Shown here in pieces: positions 1-10,065 of a stretch of DNA of 64,000 nt. Both the position numbers and the translations under genes were made by a program. Under the pieces are notes generated by a model. That model ran no database searches. It was not told where the DNA came from and saw only the letters and a list, made by a program, of their open reading frames with translations. Numbering within the stretch: the first letter of the stretch is position 1; each line of letters begins with the position of its first letter. Source of the stretch: an uncultured Nitrospinaceae bacterium (GTDB lineage: Bacteria; UBA8248); contig CAZLCI010000001.1 in assembly GCA_964558115.1 (NCBI GenBank), positions 6,336 through 70,335 on the forward strand. The letters are read 5' to 3'.

Positions 1-44
1 AAAATTAGATCCAATCAATAATCTTAAAATTTAAATTCTAGTTT

Positions 45-1739
45 TTGGGAGATTTTGAATTCATGGCCAAAATAACAGCAGGACATGCAGTAATTGAAGC
101 TCTAGTTGAATTAAAAGTAAAGCATGTAATAGGGATGGCAGGTTCTTGTATGATTGAAATTCTTGACGGCATGTATGGTAGAGAAGATATTCATTTTCTT
201 ACTGTCCGTCATGAACAATCAGCAGCACTTATGGCAGATGCTTATTCACGTTTAACAAGAAAGCCAAGTGTTTGTATGGCAACCAATGGTCCAGGTGCAA
301 CAAATTTAGTTACAGGAGTAGCACATGCACAAGGTGCACAGAGTCCTGTTATTGTTATTACTGGTGCACCAATGATGAAAGATACATTTAGAGATTCCAC
401 GCAAGAACTAGACCAAATAGCCATGTTTAAACCGATGGTAAAATGGTCAGTTCAGGCAAGAAGGCCAGATAGGATTGGCGAAATTATCCAAGAGGCATAT
501 ATGATGTCTATTTCTGGTGTTCCTGGCCCTGTTCACGTGGATCTTCCAAGAGATGTTATGAATGAATTGGTGGATTTTGAACCTTCAGAAGATCTTTGGC
601 AAGTGAACAGACCAAATCATGCCCCTGATCCTAGTCTTATAAATAATGCCGCTAGTCTTCTAAATCAATCAAAAAAGCCTGTTATTATTGCAGGGGGCGG
701 GGTTCTATGGTCAGCAGCTAGCGAGAAGTTAGTGGCTCTTGCTGAGTCTCTTGATGCTGTTATCATGACTTCTACTGGGAGAGATGATGTTGTTGATAAT
801 AGACATCCTCTTTTCTTAGGTTCTATAGGCAGAGGAACCATTCCTGAGGCAAGACAACTATTTGAAGAATCTGATCTTGTTTTGGCAATTGGTACTCGAT
901 TAGCACATTCTAGTACTTTTCTTAAATCCGAATTTATTCCTAAAAACTCAAAACTTATTCATATTGCCGTTGACCAAAGTGTGATTGGAAGAAACTTTAA
1001 AACAGATATAGGGATTTGTTCTGATGCTTCGTTAGCTATAGATGGATTAAATACATGTTTAGGACAGGAAAATAATTCTCGTCCAGATTGGAGAAGAAGA
1101 GCAGAAGAAGTAAAAAATAATCAGGAAGTTCATAGAACTAATGCTTTTGAACTCAATGCGAAACCTATAGATCCCAGAAGGGCACACATGGCCTTATCAA
1201 AGGTTTTGGAACCAGGAACTATTTTAACAAATGATGCTGGAAGCGCAGCTGGTTATATATACGAATATCAGAGATTTGATAGACCTCATAGTTTTATCTC
1301 TCCACAGGATCTTGCTGCAATTGGAGTAGGTTATCCACTTGGACTTGGTGCAAAACTTGCGTGTCCTGATCGACCAGTTGTTACTATTAGTGGAGACGGT
1401 GCTTTTTTGTGTAATGGTTCTGAAATTGAAACAGCTATTCGTGAGGGTCTAAATACGGTTTGTGTAGTTTTAAACAATTTTAATCTTGGTTCTGAAAGGG
1501 CCTATCAAAAACATTTTTACGATGGTCGTTATGTTGCCGATCAAATAGGGAATCCGCGTTTTGATGATTATGCACGCTCTTTTGGTGCAAAAGGATATCG
1601 TGTTGAAGATGTACAAGATCTTGAAGATACATATAGTGAAGCTTTGAAACAGGATGCTCCTGTAATCGTAGAAGTTATTGTAGATCAAGATGTTTTTCCA
1701 GGTCCAAGAAGAAAAGATGCTGTTAAGAACAAAAAGTAA
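45..1739 (+). CDS. Thiamine-pyrophosphate-dependent enzyme, acetolactate synthase large subunit / sulfoacetaldehyde acetyltransferase-like
   Basis: 564 aa; three-domain TPP enzyme layout; GDG...N TPP-binding region near C-terminus (ISGDGAFLCNGSE...NN); N-terminal pyrimidine-binding domain. Confidence 0.75.
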   Translation: MGDFEFMAKITAGHAVIEALVELKVKHVIGMAGSCMIEILDGMYGREDIHFLTVRHEQSAALMADAYSRLTRKPSVCMATNGPGATNLVTGVAHAQGAQSPVIVITGAPMMKDTFRDSTQELDQIAMFKPMVKWSVQARRPDRIGEIIQEAYMMSISGVPGPVHVDLPRDVMNELVDFEPSEDLWQVNRPNHAPDPSLINNAASLLNQSKKPVIIAGGGVLWSAASEKLVALAESLDAVIMTSTGRDDVVDNRHPLFLGSIGRGTIPEARQLFEESDLVLAIGTRLAHSSTFLKSEFIPKNSKLIHIAVDQSVIGRNFKTDIGICSDASLAIDGLNTCLGQENNSRPDWRRRAEEVKNNQEVHRTNAFELNAKPIDPRRAHMALSKVLEPGTILTNDAGSAAGYIYEYQRFDRPHSFISPQDLAAIGVGYPLGLGAKLACPDRPVVTISGDGAFLCNGSEIETAIREGLNTVCVVLNNFNLGSERAYQKHFYDGRYVADQIGNPRFDDYARSFGAKGYRVEDVQDLEDTYSEALKQDAPVIVEVIVDQDVFPGPRRKDAVKNKK

Positions 1740-1765
1740 TTTTACCTAAATTTTATGTATAGTTT

Positions 1766-2905
1766 TTAATCTGATTTTTCAGATAGGTGTATTCTAAAGT
1801 ATAGAATACATGCAATTAAAGACACAAAAATACAAATTGGACCTGCCGTTTTTATGCCTCCTATTGCATAACCAAATCCCATGATTGAGGCTCCTAGCAT
1901 ATGACCGAGTTGATTACTAGTCGAATAGAATCCGATTATAGAGCCTTTTGCTTTGGGGGCGACGTTGGTAAGACTATTCATAACCATGGGTCTGCTTGTT
2001 TGACTTAAAAACATTAAACAAAACCCAGATATTGTAGTCATTAAAAATGTTATTTCTATAGTGAAAACAAATACCATCAAGAATCCTTGAAGTAAGGCCA
2101 TTAAAGAAATGTATTGAAAGCAATTTTTAAGTGATCCGAAAGGACCTGCTAATAGTGCTCCTGGAGTCGCACCTAAAAGAATATAGGGTAGTAATGTTGA
2201 AATATCCTGAATTTGTAGTTTGAATTTTTCTATTAGAAGAAGTGAAATATATGTTAAAAAGACTGCTGTAATAAATCTTTCACATATATTTCCTCCAATA
2301 ATATGCCATGTTTTTGGATTTTTTACCCATGAAAATTGTCTTGAAATTGTATGATTTTTTTTTCCTTTTAAATTTGGAAAAAGAATAAATACACAAAGAA
2401 CTACGAAAGCGCACAAAATTCCTAAGGCAACAAATCCCCCTTTCCACCCAAAAAAAGAAGTGATATACGCAACACTTGGCAGACCGATAAGCATACCGAT
2501 GGCAATTCCCGATGTAGCAAGCCCCATGCCTATGACACGTTTTTTTCCTGAAAGAAGTTCTCCTAAAGTAGATATACATGTAGCAGGAACGGAACCACAG
2601 AATAATCCAGCAGCAAAGCGTAGGCAGAGAAGTATTGTGTAATTGCTCGTTAATAAAATCGAAAAATTAGAAAGTACTACTCCTACGAGACCAAAAAGCA
2701 GAACGCGTTTTCCTCCTAATTTATCAGTCATTATTCCTGCTATGGGTCCACCAATTCCCCAACCGAGAAAAGTAATGGCGGCAAGCTGACTTAAATTTGA
2801 AATAGATTGGTTTAACTCTGAAGACATTTCTTCAAGTATTGGACCTATAAGGAATCCGGTAGTATAAACTGTAAAAATTGACAGAAAACAAATGAGGATT
2901 AGCAT
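1766..2905 (-). CDS. MFS family transporter
   Basis: 379 aa, ~12 predicted TM helices, Gly-rich loops typical of major facilitator superfamily. Confidence 0.65.
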   Translation of the reverse strand: MLILICFLSIFTVYTTGFLIGPILEEMSSELNQSISNLSQLAAITFLGWGIGGPIAGIMTDKLGGKRVLLFGLVGVVLSNFSILLTSNYTILLCLRFAAGLFCGSVPATCISTLGELLSGKKRVIGMGLATSGIAIGMLIGLPSVAYITSFFGWKGGFVALGILCAFVVLCVFILFPNLKGKKNHTISRQFSWVKNPKTWHIIGGNICERFITAVFLTYISLLLIEKFKLQIQDISTLLPYILLGATPGALLAGPFGSLKNCFQYISLMALLQGFLMVFVFTIEITFLMTTISGFCLMFLSQTSRPMVMNSLTNVAPKAKGSIIGFYSTSNQLGHMLGASIMGFGYAIGGIKTAGPICIFVSLIACILYFRIHLSEKSD

Positions 2906-3004
2906 ATGCCATCCAGTTTTAGAACGGAAAAGAAAAAATTTTATTCCCTGCAGACACAGTCCGATAATTTCTTTTTGGATTAGTTCTTAAAGAACAAATG
3001 GTAT

Positions 3005-3358
3005 TTAATGTCTAGCGGGTTGAAAAATCGCTACTAGCATAGTGTCAGATTCACTAGTACAGTGGTTACAGTGTCTAGTTCCTTTAGGCATAAATATAAA
3101 TTGTCCCGGACCATATACTATTTCTCCGTCGTCAAGGTCGTAGCGACCACTTCCTGAGATACAAAATATAACTTCATCTTCTTCATGATGATGCCAATCG
3201 TGAGTTTGTCCGGGTTGAATTCGTGAGTAAAATACATTTAAATCTATCCCGTCTGCCTCTTTGGAGATGATTCCTTTGTGAGTTGCACCACCGGCCATAC
3301 CTTCAGAATCTAATTTTGCAGGATCAATCAGACGAGCTTTTCTGTGATCTAAGTTCAT
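3005..3358 (-). CDS. Cupin domain protein
   Basis: 117 aa; His-rich two-motif cupin signature (HDWHHHEEDEVIFCISG ... GTRHCNHC). Confidence 0.55.
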   Translation of the reverse strand: MNLDHRKARLIDPAKLDSEGMAGGATHKGIISKEADGIDLNVFYSRIQPGQTHDWHHHEEDEVIFCISGSGRYDLDDGEIVYGPGQFIFMPKGTRHCNHCTSESDTMLVAIFQPARH

Positions 3359-3592
3359 ATTAATTCCCCTTCTAATTTAAAATATGGGATTATTTTTTCA
3401 TAGAATGTATTTTGGCGTAATACTATTTTTTTGTCACTCTTAAAAGAATCCTTTTATATATTTCCCGTAATTTTTTATTTTTTAGAATAATTATTTGTTA
3501 GGTAACTAAGTTTGATTTGATTTTTAGTTCTACTTTATGTTCAATATGTAAGTCAGTTTGATAATTCTTTTCGATTTACCTAGGAGTCTTTA

Positions 3593-4018
3593 ATGTATTT
3601 TCGTCTGATTTTCTTATTGATTGTATCCTTGAGTTTTATATCTAGTTTTTCCTTTTCAGAATTTGTGAATGCTCAGACCAGCAAATCAAGCTCTGCTTCG
3701 GTTGAAAAAAATTTATCTGGTTTTGATATTCCTGAAATTGCTACTTCTAATTTTCTTGGTTGGGACAAACGTGATTTTTCGAAAAGGATTCCTGGAAAAG
3801 AAACTATAATCAAACAGTTTCTTGATGAATGGGGCTTTCAATTTGAGACTTTTTCTATTAATAAAGTTGTATTTGCAATTAATCTTGATTTGGATGGGAA
3901 GTACCCATTTGATGTTACTTTTCTAGATCAAAATTGTGATGGAGTTTTTGAAACGAAGATAGAAGAGAAACCGGGAGAATCAGTAGATATGGGAATTCCA
4001 GAATGTGTTTTTAAATAA
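3593..4018 (+). CDS. Hypothetical secreted protein
   Basis: 141 aa; N-terminal hydrophobic signal peptide (MYFRLIFLLIVSLSFISSFSFS); preceded by 230-bp AT-rich region. Confidence 0.4.
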   Translation: MYFRLIFLLIVSLSFISSFSFSEFVNAQTSKSSSASVEKNLSGFDIPEIATSNFLGWDKRDFSKRIPGKETIIKQFLDEWGFQFETFSINKVVFAINLDLDGKYPFDVTFLDQNCDGVFETKIEEKPGESVDMGIPECVFK

Positions 4019-4065
4019 AAAAAACATAGAAAATTAAAATCTATTTCTAACATTTAAAAGATGAA

Positions 4066-4638
4066 ATGAATAAATTTCCTCAATTTTCAAAATCTTTGAT
4101 AGTAGTCGATGTGCAAAATGATTTTTGTCCCGGTGGTGCTTTGGCTGTTGATAGGGGAGATGAGATAATTTCAGAAATCAATAAATTACTTTCTATTGAT
4201 ACGTGGCTCCGTGTTGGGACTAGAGATTGGCATCCCACAAATCATATTTCTTTTGAAAAGCAGGGGGGTATATGGCCCGAACATTGTGTACAAGGGTCAT
4301 ATGGAGCACAATTTCATAATTTTCTGCATACTCATTTATTAGATAAAGTTGTTTCAAAAGGAGCAGATGAATCTTTGGAGGCATACTCTGGATTTCAAGG
4401 GACAGAACTTTCTGAAATTTTGAAAGAACACGGAGTAAAAAAAGTTTTCATTTGTGGACTTGCTACTGATTATTGCGTTCGAGCAACTGCAATAGATGCG
4501 AGAAAAGAAGGGTTCGAAGTAATTTTGATAAGTGACTGTGTTGAATCTGTTAATATAGAAGAAAGTGACGGAGAGAAAGCATTAAAAGAGATGGTAGAAT
4601 TTGGATGTGTTATATTGGACTCAGATGATTTAACATGA
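4066..4638 (+). CDS. pncA: Nicotinamidase / pyrazinamidase (isochorismatase family)
   Basis: 190 aa; VVDVQNDFCPGG start, catalytic Cys in ICGLATDYCV, Asp/Lys/Cys triad layout of PncA. Confidence 0.75.
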   Translation: MNKFPQFSKSLIVVDVQNDFCPGGALAVDRGDEIISEINKLLSIDTWLRVGTRDWHPTNHISFEKQGGIWPEHCVQGSYGAQFHNFLHTHLLDKVVSKGADESLEAYSGFQGTELSEILKEHGVKKVFICGLATDYCVRATAIDARKEGFEVILISDCVESVNIEESDGEKALKEMVEFGCVILDSDDLT

Positions 4639-4665
4639 GAAATTCAGATTTCTAAGGAGAAAAAC

Positions 4666-5595
4666 TTGACGCTTGTTAGGGTACAAGTTCCGGCTAGTAC
4701 GACAAATATTGGTCCAGGTTTTGATACTATTGGAGTCGCTTTAAATCTTTATAATCGTATTGAATTAGATGAACTCCCTTGGGGTTTATCCATTCACGTG
4801 GAAGGAGAAGGAGCAGGAATCATTCCACAGGATGAGACTAATATCTGCGTAGATGCTGTAAAGGCAGTGTATAAAAAAGCGAATATCCCATTTAAAGGAT
4901 TATGGATGAAACAAAGAAATCATATCCCTTTATCTAGGGGATTAGGAAGTAGTTCTGCTGCTCTAGTAGGAGGAATAGTTGCAGGTAATTTATTAATTGG
5001 AGAGCCTTTAAGTTTGGATGAATTGGTACAAATAGCTGTAAAAATGGAAGGTCATCCAGATAACGTTGTTCCTGCACTAGTAGGTGGTTTTTGTGTTTCT
5101 GCGATAGGTAAAAATGGAAAGACAATATATACCAGAGTTCCCGTCCAAGAGAATTATAATTGGGTTATCCTTGTTCCCGATTTTGAAGTAAATACCTCTG
5201 AAGCAAGAAAAAAACTTCCATCTAAAGTCACTCTTTCTGATGCTACTTTTAATGTTCAAAGAGTTGCGATGCTCCTCGCTGCTTTTTCCTCAGGTAGGAA
5301 TGACTTGTTTTCTGAGGGGATGGAAGATCGTCTACACCAACCTTATCGTAAAGAACTAATGGGTCCTTTAGACGAGGTTTTTGAAGCTGGTCGTAATGCA
5401 GGTGCCCTTGGAGTTTGTATTAGCGGTGCTGGTCCTTGTGTTTTGGCTATTTGTAAAGATGATGCAAAACAAATTGGAATTGCAATGCAGAAAATATATA
5501 CCGAACATGGAATAAATTCTAGAATTCACCATCTTCGCTCTGATCCTTTAGGAGCACATTCTATTTTATCATTTTCTGAGAGTTTTTCTATTTAG
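4666..5595 (+). CDS. thrB: Homoserine kinase (GHMP kinase)
   Basis: 309 aa; VPASTTNIGPGFDTIG N-terminus and PLSRGLGSSSAALVGG ATP-binding motif characteristic of ThrB. Confidence 0.85.
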   Translation: MTLVRVQVPASTTNIGPGFDTIGVALNLYNRIELDELPWGLSIHVEGEGAGIIPQDETNICVDAVKAVYKKANIPFKGLWMKQRNHIPLSRGLGSSSAALVGGIVAGNLLIGEPLSLDELVQIAVKMEGHPDNVVPALVGGFCVSAIGKNGKTIYTRVPVQENYNWVILVPDFEVNTSEARKKLPSKVTLSDATFNVQRVAMLLAAFSSGRNDLFSEGMEDRLHQPYRKELMGPLDEVFEAGRNAGALGVCISGAGPCVLAICKDDAKQIGIAMQKIYTEHGINSRIHHLRSDPLGAHSILSFSESFSI

Positions 5596-6193
5596 TGTTT
5601 TTTCGTTTTATAAGTTTAAATCCTTTCCAAAAAATATAAAAAAAGATTATAAACCCAATGAAAAAAAATATCTTTTGAAGAGAACTTAAAATATCAAGAG
5701 CATATTCAATGTGACTTCCGAAGTAGAATGAAAGCGAAAAGAGAATAGGGACGCTTATAACTGCTGCGACTAGGTCCATTAAGAAGAAGATTTTAAATGG
5801 AAATTTTGTTATTCCAGCTACAAGAAAAAGAGGTGCTCGTAATCCCATAAGGAACCGGCCGAAAAAAATCGCTTTTTTCCCATGAGTATCAAAGAAACGT
5901 TTTGATTTTTTTAATCTTTCATCAGTAGCTATTTTTTTTAAAAAATGAAATTTAAAAATTTGCTCTCCGTAATAATAGCCAATGCCATAAATAATCAAAT
6001 CACCTATAAGAATACCAATTAAATTAACAAAAATAGCTGTGATGGGTTCGATAGTCCCAAGATAGGAGAGATACCCAGATGTGAAAATAATAATATCTTC
6101 GGGTAAAGGGAGTCCTAAACCACAAAGAAGTAGAACGAAAAAAATTCCAAAATATGTGAACTCAGAAATGTAGTGAATAAAAAAAGGGAACAT
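5588..6193 (-). CDS. DedA/SNARE-associated (VTT domain) membrane protein
   Basis: 201 aa; GLPLPEDIIIF motif and 4-5 TM helices; convergent 8-nt overlap with thrB. Confidence 0.65.
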   Translation of the reverse strand: MFPFFIHYISEFTYFGIFFVLLLCGLGLPLPEDIIIFTSGYLSYLGTIEPITAIFVNLIGILIGDLIIYGIGYYYGEQIFKFHFLKKIATDERLKKSKRFFDTHGKKAIFFGRFLMGLRAPLFLVAGITKFPFKIFFLMDLVAAVISVPILFSLSFYFGSHIEYALDILSSLQKIFFFIGFIIFFYIFWKGFKLIKRKNTK

Positions 6194-6246
6194 AAAATTT
6201 CATCAATCGCTGGGGCTATTGTTTCCTAAAACTAGGCAATGAAAAA

Positions 6247-6681
6247 TTATTTAGGGCCTACACATTCAAGCATATTTCCGTCAGGGTCTGCAAAGAACAC
6301 AATGAAGCGTCCAGGAATAACTTCTGTTACTTCTCCTTGAATATTTACTCCTGCATTCTTAAGATTGTTATATGTTTCTTCAACACTATCAACCGTAAAT
6401 GTGATGTAACGAAAACCAGTAGAAGCATCTACTTTTCCACCACCATTATCAGGACTGGAATCTGCTTGTGCTACTTTTAGTTGTACTTCACCTGCTTGAA
6501 AAGCCTTAAATTGGAAACGTCCTGAAGCACATCCTGCCTGTGCAGCTTTATCAGCAGTGATTTCAACTTCACGAACAACAGGGAGACCTAAAATTTCTCC
6601 ATAAAAATGAGACGCTTTTTCAAGATCTGCAACTACGATTCCTATATCAATGGAATCCTTGACCATGTTTATTAATGCCAT
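6247..6681 (-). CDS. VOC (glyoxalase/bleomycin-resistance) family protein
   Basis: 144 aa; beta-alpha-beta-beta-beta glyoxalase-like motifs (HFYGEILGL ... FADPDGNMLE). Confidence 0.6.
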   Translation of the reverse strand: MALINMVKDSIDIGIVVADLEKASHFYGEILGLPVVREVEITADKAAQAGCASGRFQFKAFQAGEVQLKVAQADSSPDNGGGKVDASTGFRYITFTVDSVEETYNNLKNAGVNIQGEVTEVIPGRFIVFFADPDGNMLECVGPK

Positions 6682-6787
6682 TTTGAATTTTACTCCCTGA
6701 TAGTTTTCGGTTCTACGTCGATTAAATTACAAAAAGGATATCATCTTATTATAGATTTAAAAAATACGCTGAAAGTTAATTTGAAAA

Positions 6788-7909
6788 TTAGTTTAAAAGA
6801 GTTTTGTTATCTTGACCAAGCGAAGGTGCTTTTCCTTTAATTTTATTTTTAGAAAGAAAATTTGAAGATATTGGAATCGGAATCGAAGGTATTTTTTCAC
6901 CTTTGTCGTTCTCAATATATTTTGAAAATAAATTTCTATTAATAAAATGAGGATCTGTAAGCGCTTCTTTAATTGTTTTTACAATGGTGCAGCAACAATC
7001 GGATGTTTGAAAAAGACTTTCCCATTCGCCTGCATTTTTACTTTTTATGATTTCTTTAATACGTTTTCTGGTTTTATTAGGGTCTTCGGTATCTTTCGTA
7101 AACTCTGGTTCGAGTTTAATTATGTTCACAAAATTTTTCCAGAATCTTTCTTCCAAACAAGCTACAGCAACAAACCGATTATCCTTTGTAGGATACAAAT
7201 AATAGCGTGGATTGCCGCCAGTTAATTTTTCGTTTCCATTTTCTGGCCAAATATTATGTGCGAGAGCATTGCCTATTAATGAATACATCATAAAGAATAA
7301 ATTGTCTGTCATTGAAATATCAAGGAAAGAACCTTTTCCAGTTTGGTCTCGTTGTCTTAAGGCAAGAAGAATATTAGAAAAAGCTGGAAGAGTACCTCCA
7401 GCGAGATCAGCAATTAATGTGGGAGGAATGACAGGATTTTGTTCGTTTCCCATGCTTAGGGATAATAGCCCTGTATCTCCAATATAATTTAGATCATGTG
7501 CTGCATTCAGTTTTTTAGGTCCGTTTTGTCCATATCCAGTTATCGAACAATAGATCAATTTAGGGTTTTTTTTCGATAACGTAGTGTAGTCTAAACCAAG
7601 TCGTTGCATCACTCCAGGACGGAATTGTTCTACCAATACATCTGCAGTTTGAATCAATGCAAAAATACGTTTAAGTTCATCAGAATTTTTTAAATTCACT
7701 TCTAAACTTTTTTTGCTTTGATTTAACAAAGAGAAACTGATGCTACTTTCTCCCCATCTGGGATACTGCAAACGCATCTCTTCGCCTCTATCCAGAGGTT
7801 CTACTTTAATAACTTCTGCACCTGCTTCTGCAAGAAACAGAGTTGCCATAGGTCCTGGAAGAAGCGTCGAAAAGTCAATTACTCTAATTCCATCTAGAGG
7901 TTGAGGCAT
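6788..7909 (-). CDS. CoA-transferase family III (CaiB/BaiF-type)
   Basis: 373 aa; LDGIRVIDFSTLLPGPMATLFLAEAGAEVIKVE N-terminal signature of family III CoA transferases. Confidence 0.8.
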   Translation of the reverse strand: MPQPLDGIRVIDFSTLLPGPMATLFLAEAGAEVIKVEPLDRGEEMRLQYPRWGESSISFSLLNQSKKSLEVNLKNSDELKRIFALIQTADVLVEQFRPGVMQRLGLDYTTLSKKNPKLIYCSITGYGQNGPKKLNAAHDLNYIGDTGLLSLSMGNEQNPVIPPTLIADLAGGTLPAFSNILLALRQRDQTGKGSFLDISMTDNLFFMMYSLIGNALAHNIWPENGNEKLTGGNPRYYLYPTKDNRFVAVACLEERFWKNFVNIIKLEPEFTKDTEDPNKTRKRIKEIIKSKNAGEWESLFQTSDCCCTIVKTIKEALTDPHFINRNLFSKYIENDKGEKIPSIPIPISSNFLSKNKIKGKAPSLGQDNKTLLN

Positions 7910-7942
7910 AAATTACACTCGTTTTATGTCAATAAAGGATTC

Positions 7943-8344
7943 CTAAATTGTAATAACTTGATCAGGCATATTTCCTGATAAAGCTGTGTATAAATCTGGG
8001 AAACAACCTACAGCAACATTATCAACCGTATTTTTAGGAGCAGCGTTAGTCATTATACTATCTTTATCGCCTGGTGATCCTTCCGCTAAGCCTCTTGAAA
8101 GTGCACATTGATCGCACATCATGAGTAAAATATTTTGAGAGGCCGCAACTTTTGATAGTCTTTCTCCAATTTCATTTCCTTTTTGAAGAATCAGTGTATT
8201 GTCGTCGAAAAAAAATAGACCTACCACATCAACTCCATGACGATTTTCTTCTAGTTGAGGAAGAATCATTTGCCCTAATTTATAATGAGCAGTATTACCT
8301 GATGTTGCGAAAACGTAAGCTACTTTCAAGATTGAATCCTCCAA
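7943..8344 (-). CDS. DsrE/DsrF-like sulfur-relay family protein (tentative)
   Basis: 133 aa; small alpha/beta protein with conserved Cys (MMCDQCALSRG) resembling DsrE/YchN fold; weak. Confidence 0.4.
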   Translation of the reverse strand: MEDSILKVAYVFATSGNTAHYKLGQMILPQLEENRHGVDVVGLFFFDDNTLILQKGNEIGERLSKVAASQNILLMMCDQCALSRGLAEGSPGDKDSIMTNAAPKNTVDNVAVGCFPDLYTALSGNMPDQVITI

Positions 8345-8384
8345 TTAAAAATTTTGTTATATAGAAGTGTTAATTTATATATAG

Positions 8385-8420
8385 AAAAAAAAACGGAAGA
8401 GCAAATGCTCTTCCGTTTTC
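8385..8420. terminator. Bidirectional rho-independent terminator
   Basis: Perfect hairpin cggaagagc-aaat-gctcttccg (8394..8415) flanked by A9 on one side and T4 on the other; lies just downstream of the minus-strand OMP gene stop. Confidence 0.6.
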
Positions 8421-8442
8421 AGATTAAAAATTAAATCTGTAA

Positions 8443-9873
8443 TTAGAACGTATGTTTCATTTCAAAAAACCAAGCCCACATGTCGTCTTTATCTGTTGTA
8501 GCACTAGTGGACTTACCATAGTCACCTGATTTCAGGTAAGCATATGCAACTTTTGCGTAAAGACCTTTATAGATGGTGTACTTCAATTGAGCATCGAATT
8601 CAGTACCAATATTTTTATCTGATACATATTGGGTTCCACTCGTTATATCTTGGGCAGAAGAGGAGGAGTGAATCGATGAAATATTGCCATCAAAGGTTAA
8701 TTTTTTAGAAATTGGATGAGAAACAATAACTTCAAAGATTTTCATTCCATTTGCCACAGTTCCACCGCTTCCTGCACCAGTTGCAGATTCAATGGAAGAA
8801 CCAATACCGATTCCCACGTACCTTCCGTTTACTAACTGAGGCAAATCTGTGTCACTCGCACCATCTGAATTCGGACTTGTATATCTTTTTAGTTTATTAT
8901 CATCATCTTGTGCTGTCATGCCATGGCTTTGAGATGCGTCCAGAGTTGAATCATCACCAGATGTAGTGAATAGTCTGAATGTTACCCCAGTTTTTCCAAA
9001 GCTTGTCGAAGCCTGAATATCCATCATATGAGCCCTAATTTGGATATCAGAGACAGAAGTGGAACTGGTTGGATAATCTAAATCACCTTCTTGAAGTACA
9101 TAAAGTGCAGTAATATCAAATCCTGCGAATTTAGTAGATGCGTTGACTGACCACCATCTTATATCGCGGTCAGGTGTTGCTGTTGTAGCACCTCTATTAT
9201 CTGATTCTATAACAAGACCTAATTGTAAATTTAAATTAGAATTTACATCCTTAGATACCCCAAGGTAATAAAGATCTGCATCGGTAGAACCACCCCAAGG
9301 ACCTGCTGAACCACCTGCACTACCTTCGCTTATTTTAGTAGTCCAGGCCATCATGTCCATACCTGATATTTTTCCTGAAATCTGCCAACCTTGAGTTCTG
9401 TTAGGAACTGCAGCAACGACTACTCCGTCCATGGTGTCATAATCATCTCTACCGTACTGTAATCTTAACTTACTTCCAGGTAGAGCAAAATTTACATAAT
9501 GCCTATTGACCTTAGGTGCAGTTTTTCCTGTGGCCCATGCAGAAGAACCTAAATCTAATTCCCATACGGCTTTTACTTTTCCTCCTTCTGAAATAGCTGT
9601 AAACCGAGGGCGAAACAACATATCAGATTTTTGGTTTCCATCTTCGGATGTATTATCTTGATCTGCATTGTCATAAGATACGCCTCTATAGCGATAAGCA
9701 CCTGAGAATTTAAAACTAGCCGAAAATGCTTCAGGAAGCACAATAGCTAAGGCTAAAAAAGCCATTCCAACACTTAATAAGACTTTCCGCATTGCTAACT
9801 CCTTTCTTTCCTTTTTTTGAATAATAAAACAAAAAAATAAAAAAATAATACAAAGTAAAACTAACAAGTCCAA
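8443..9873 (-). CDS. Outer-membrane beta-barrel protein (porin-like)
   Basis: 476 aa; signal peptide (LSVGMAFLALAIVLPEAFSA), alternating amphipathic beta-strand pattern, C-terminal aromatic residue (…KHTF). Confidence 0.55.
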   Translation of the reverse strand: MDLLVLLCIIFLFFCFIIQKKERKELAMRKVLLSVGMAFLALAIVLPEAFSASFKFSGAYRYRGVSYDNADQDNTSEDGNQKSDMLFRPRFTAISEGGKVKAVWELDLGSSAWATGKTAPKVNRHYVNFALPGSKLRLQYGRDDYDTMDGVVVAAVPNRTQGWQISGKISGMDMMAWTTKISEGSAGGSAGPWGGSTDADLYYLGVSKDVNSNLNLQLGLVIESDNRGATTATPDRDIRWWSVNASTKFAGFDITALYVLQEGDLDYPTSSTSVSDIQIRAHMMDIQASTSFGKTGVTFRLFTTSGDDSTLDASQSHGMTAQDDDNKLKRYTSPNSDGASDTDLPQLVNGRYVGIGIGSSIESATGAGSGGTVANGMKIFEVIVSHPISKKLTFDGNISSIHSSSSAQDITSGTQYVSDKNIGTEFDAQLKYTIYKGLYAKVAYAYLKSGDYGKSTSATTDKDDMWAWFFEMKHTF

Positions 9874-10065
9874 ATTTCTTTAGAATTACTATTATGTTTC
9901 TAATTTGTTACGTGGCTTTCACAAAATTCATTAACGAAATATGTTTTATAACTATAAAAAAACTGCTACAACTTCTTAAGGTAAAAAATACAAAAGGTGT
10001 TATATTATAACATTACTATTTTGTAAAGTTTTTTTTCTATTACTTTAGAAGAGAGGAACGGAATT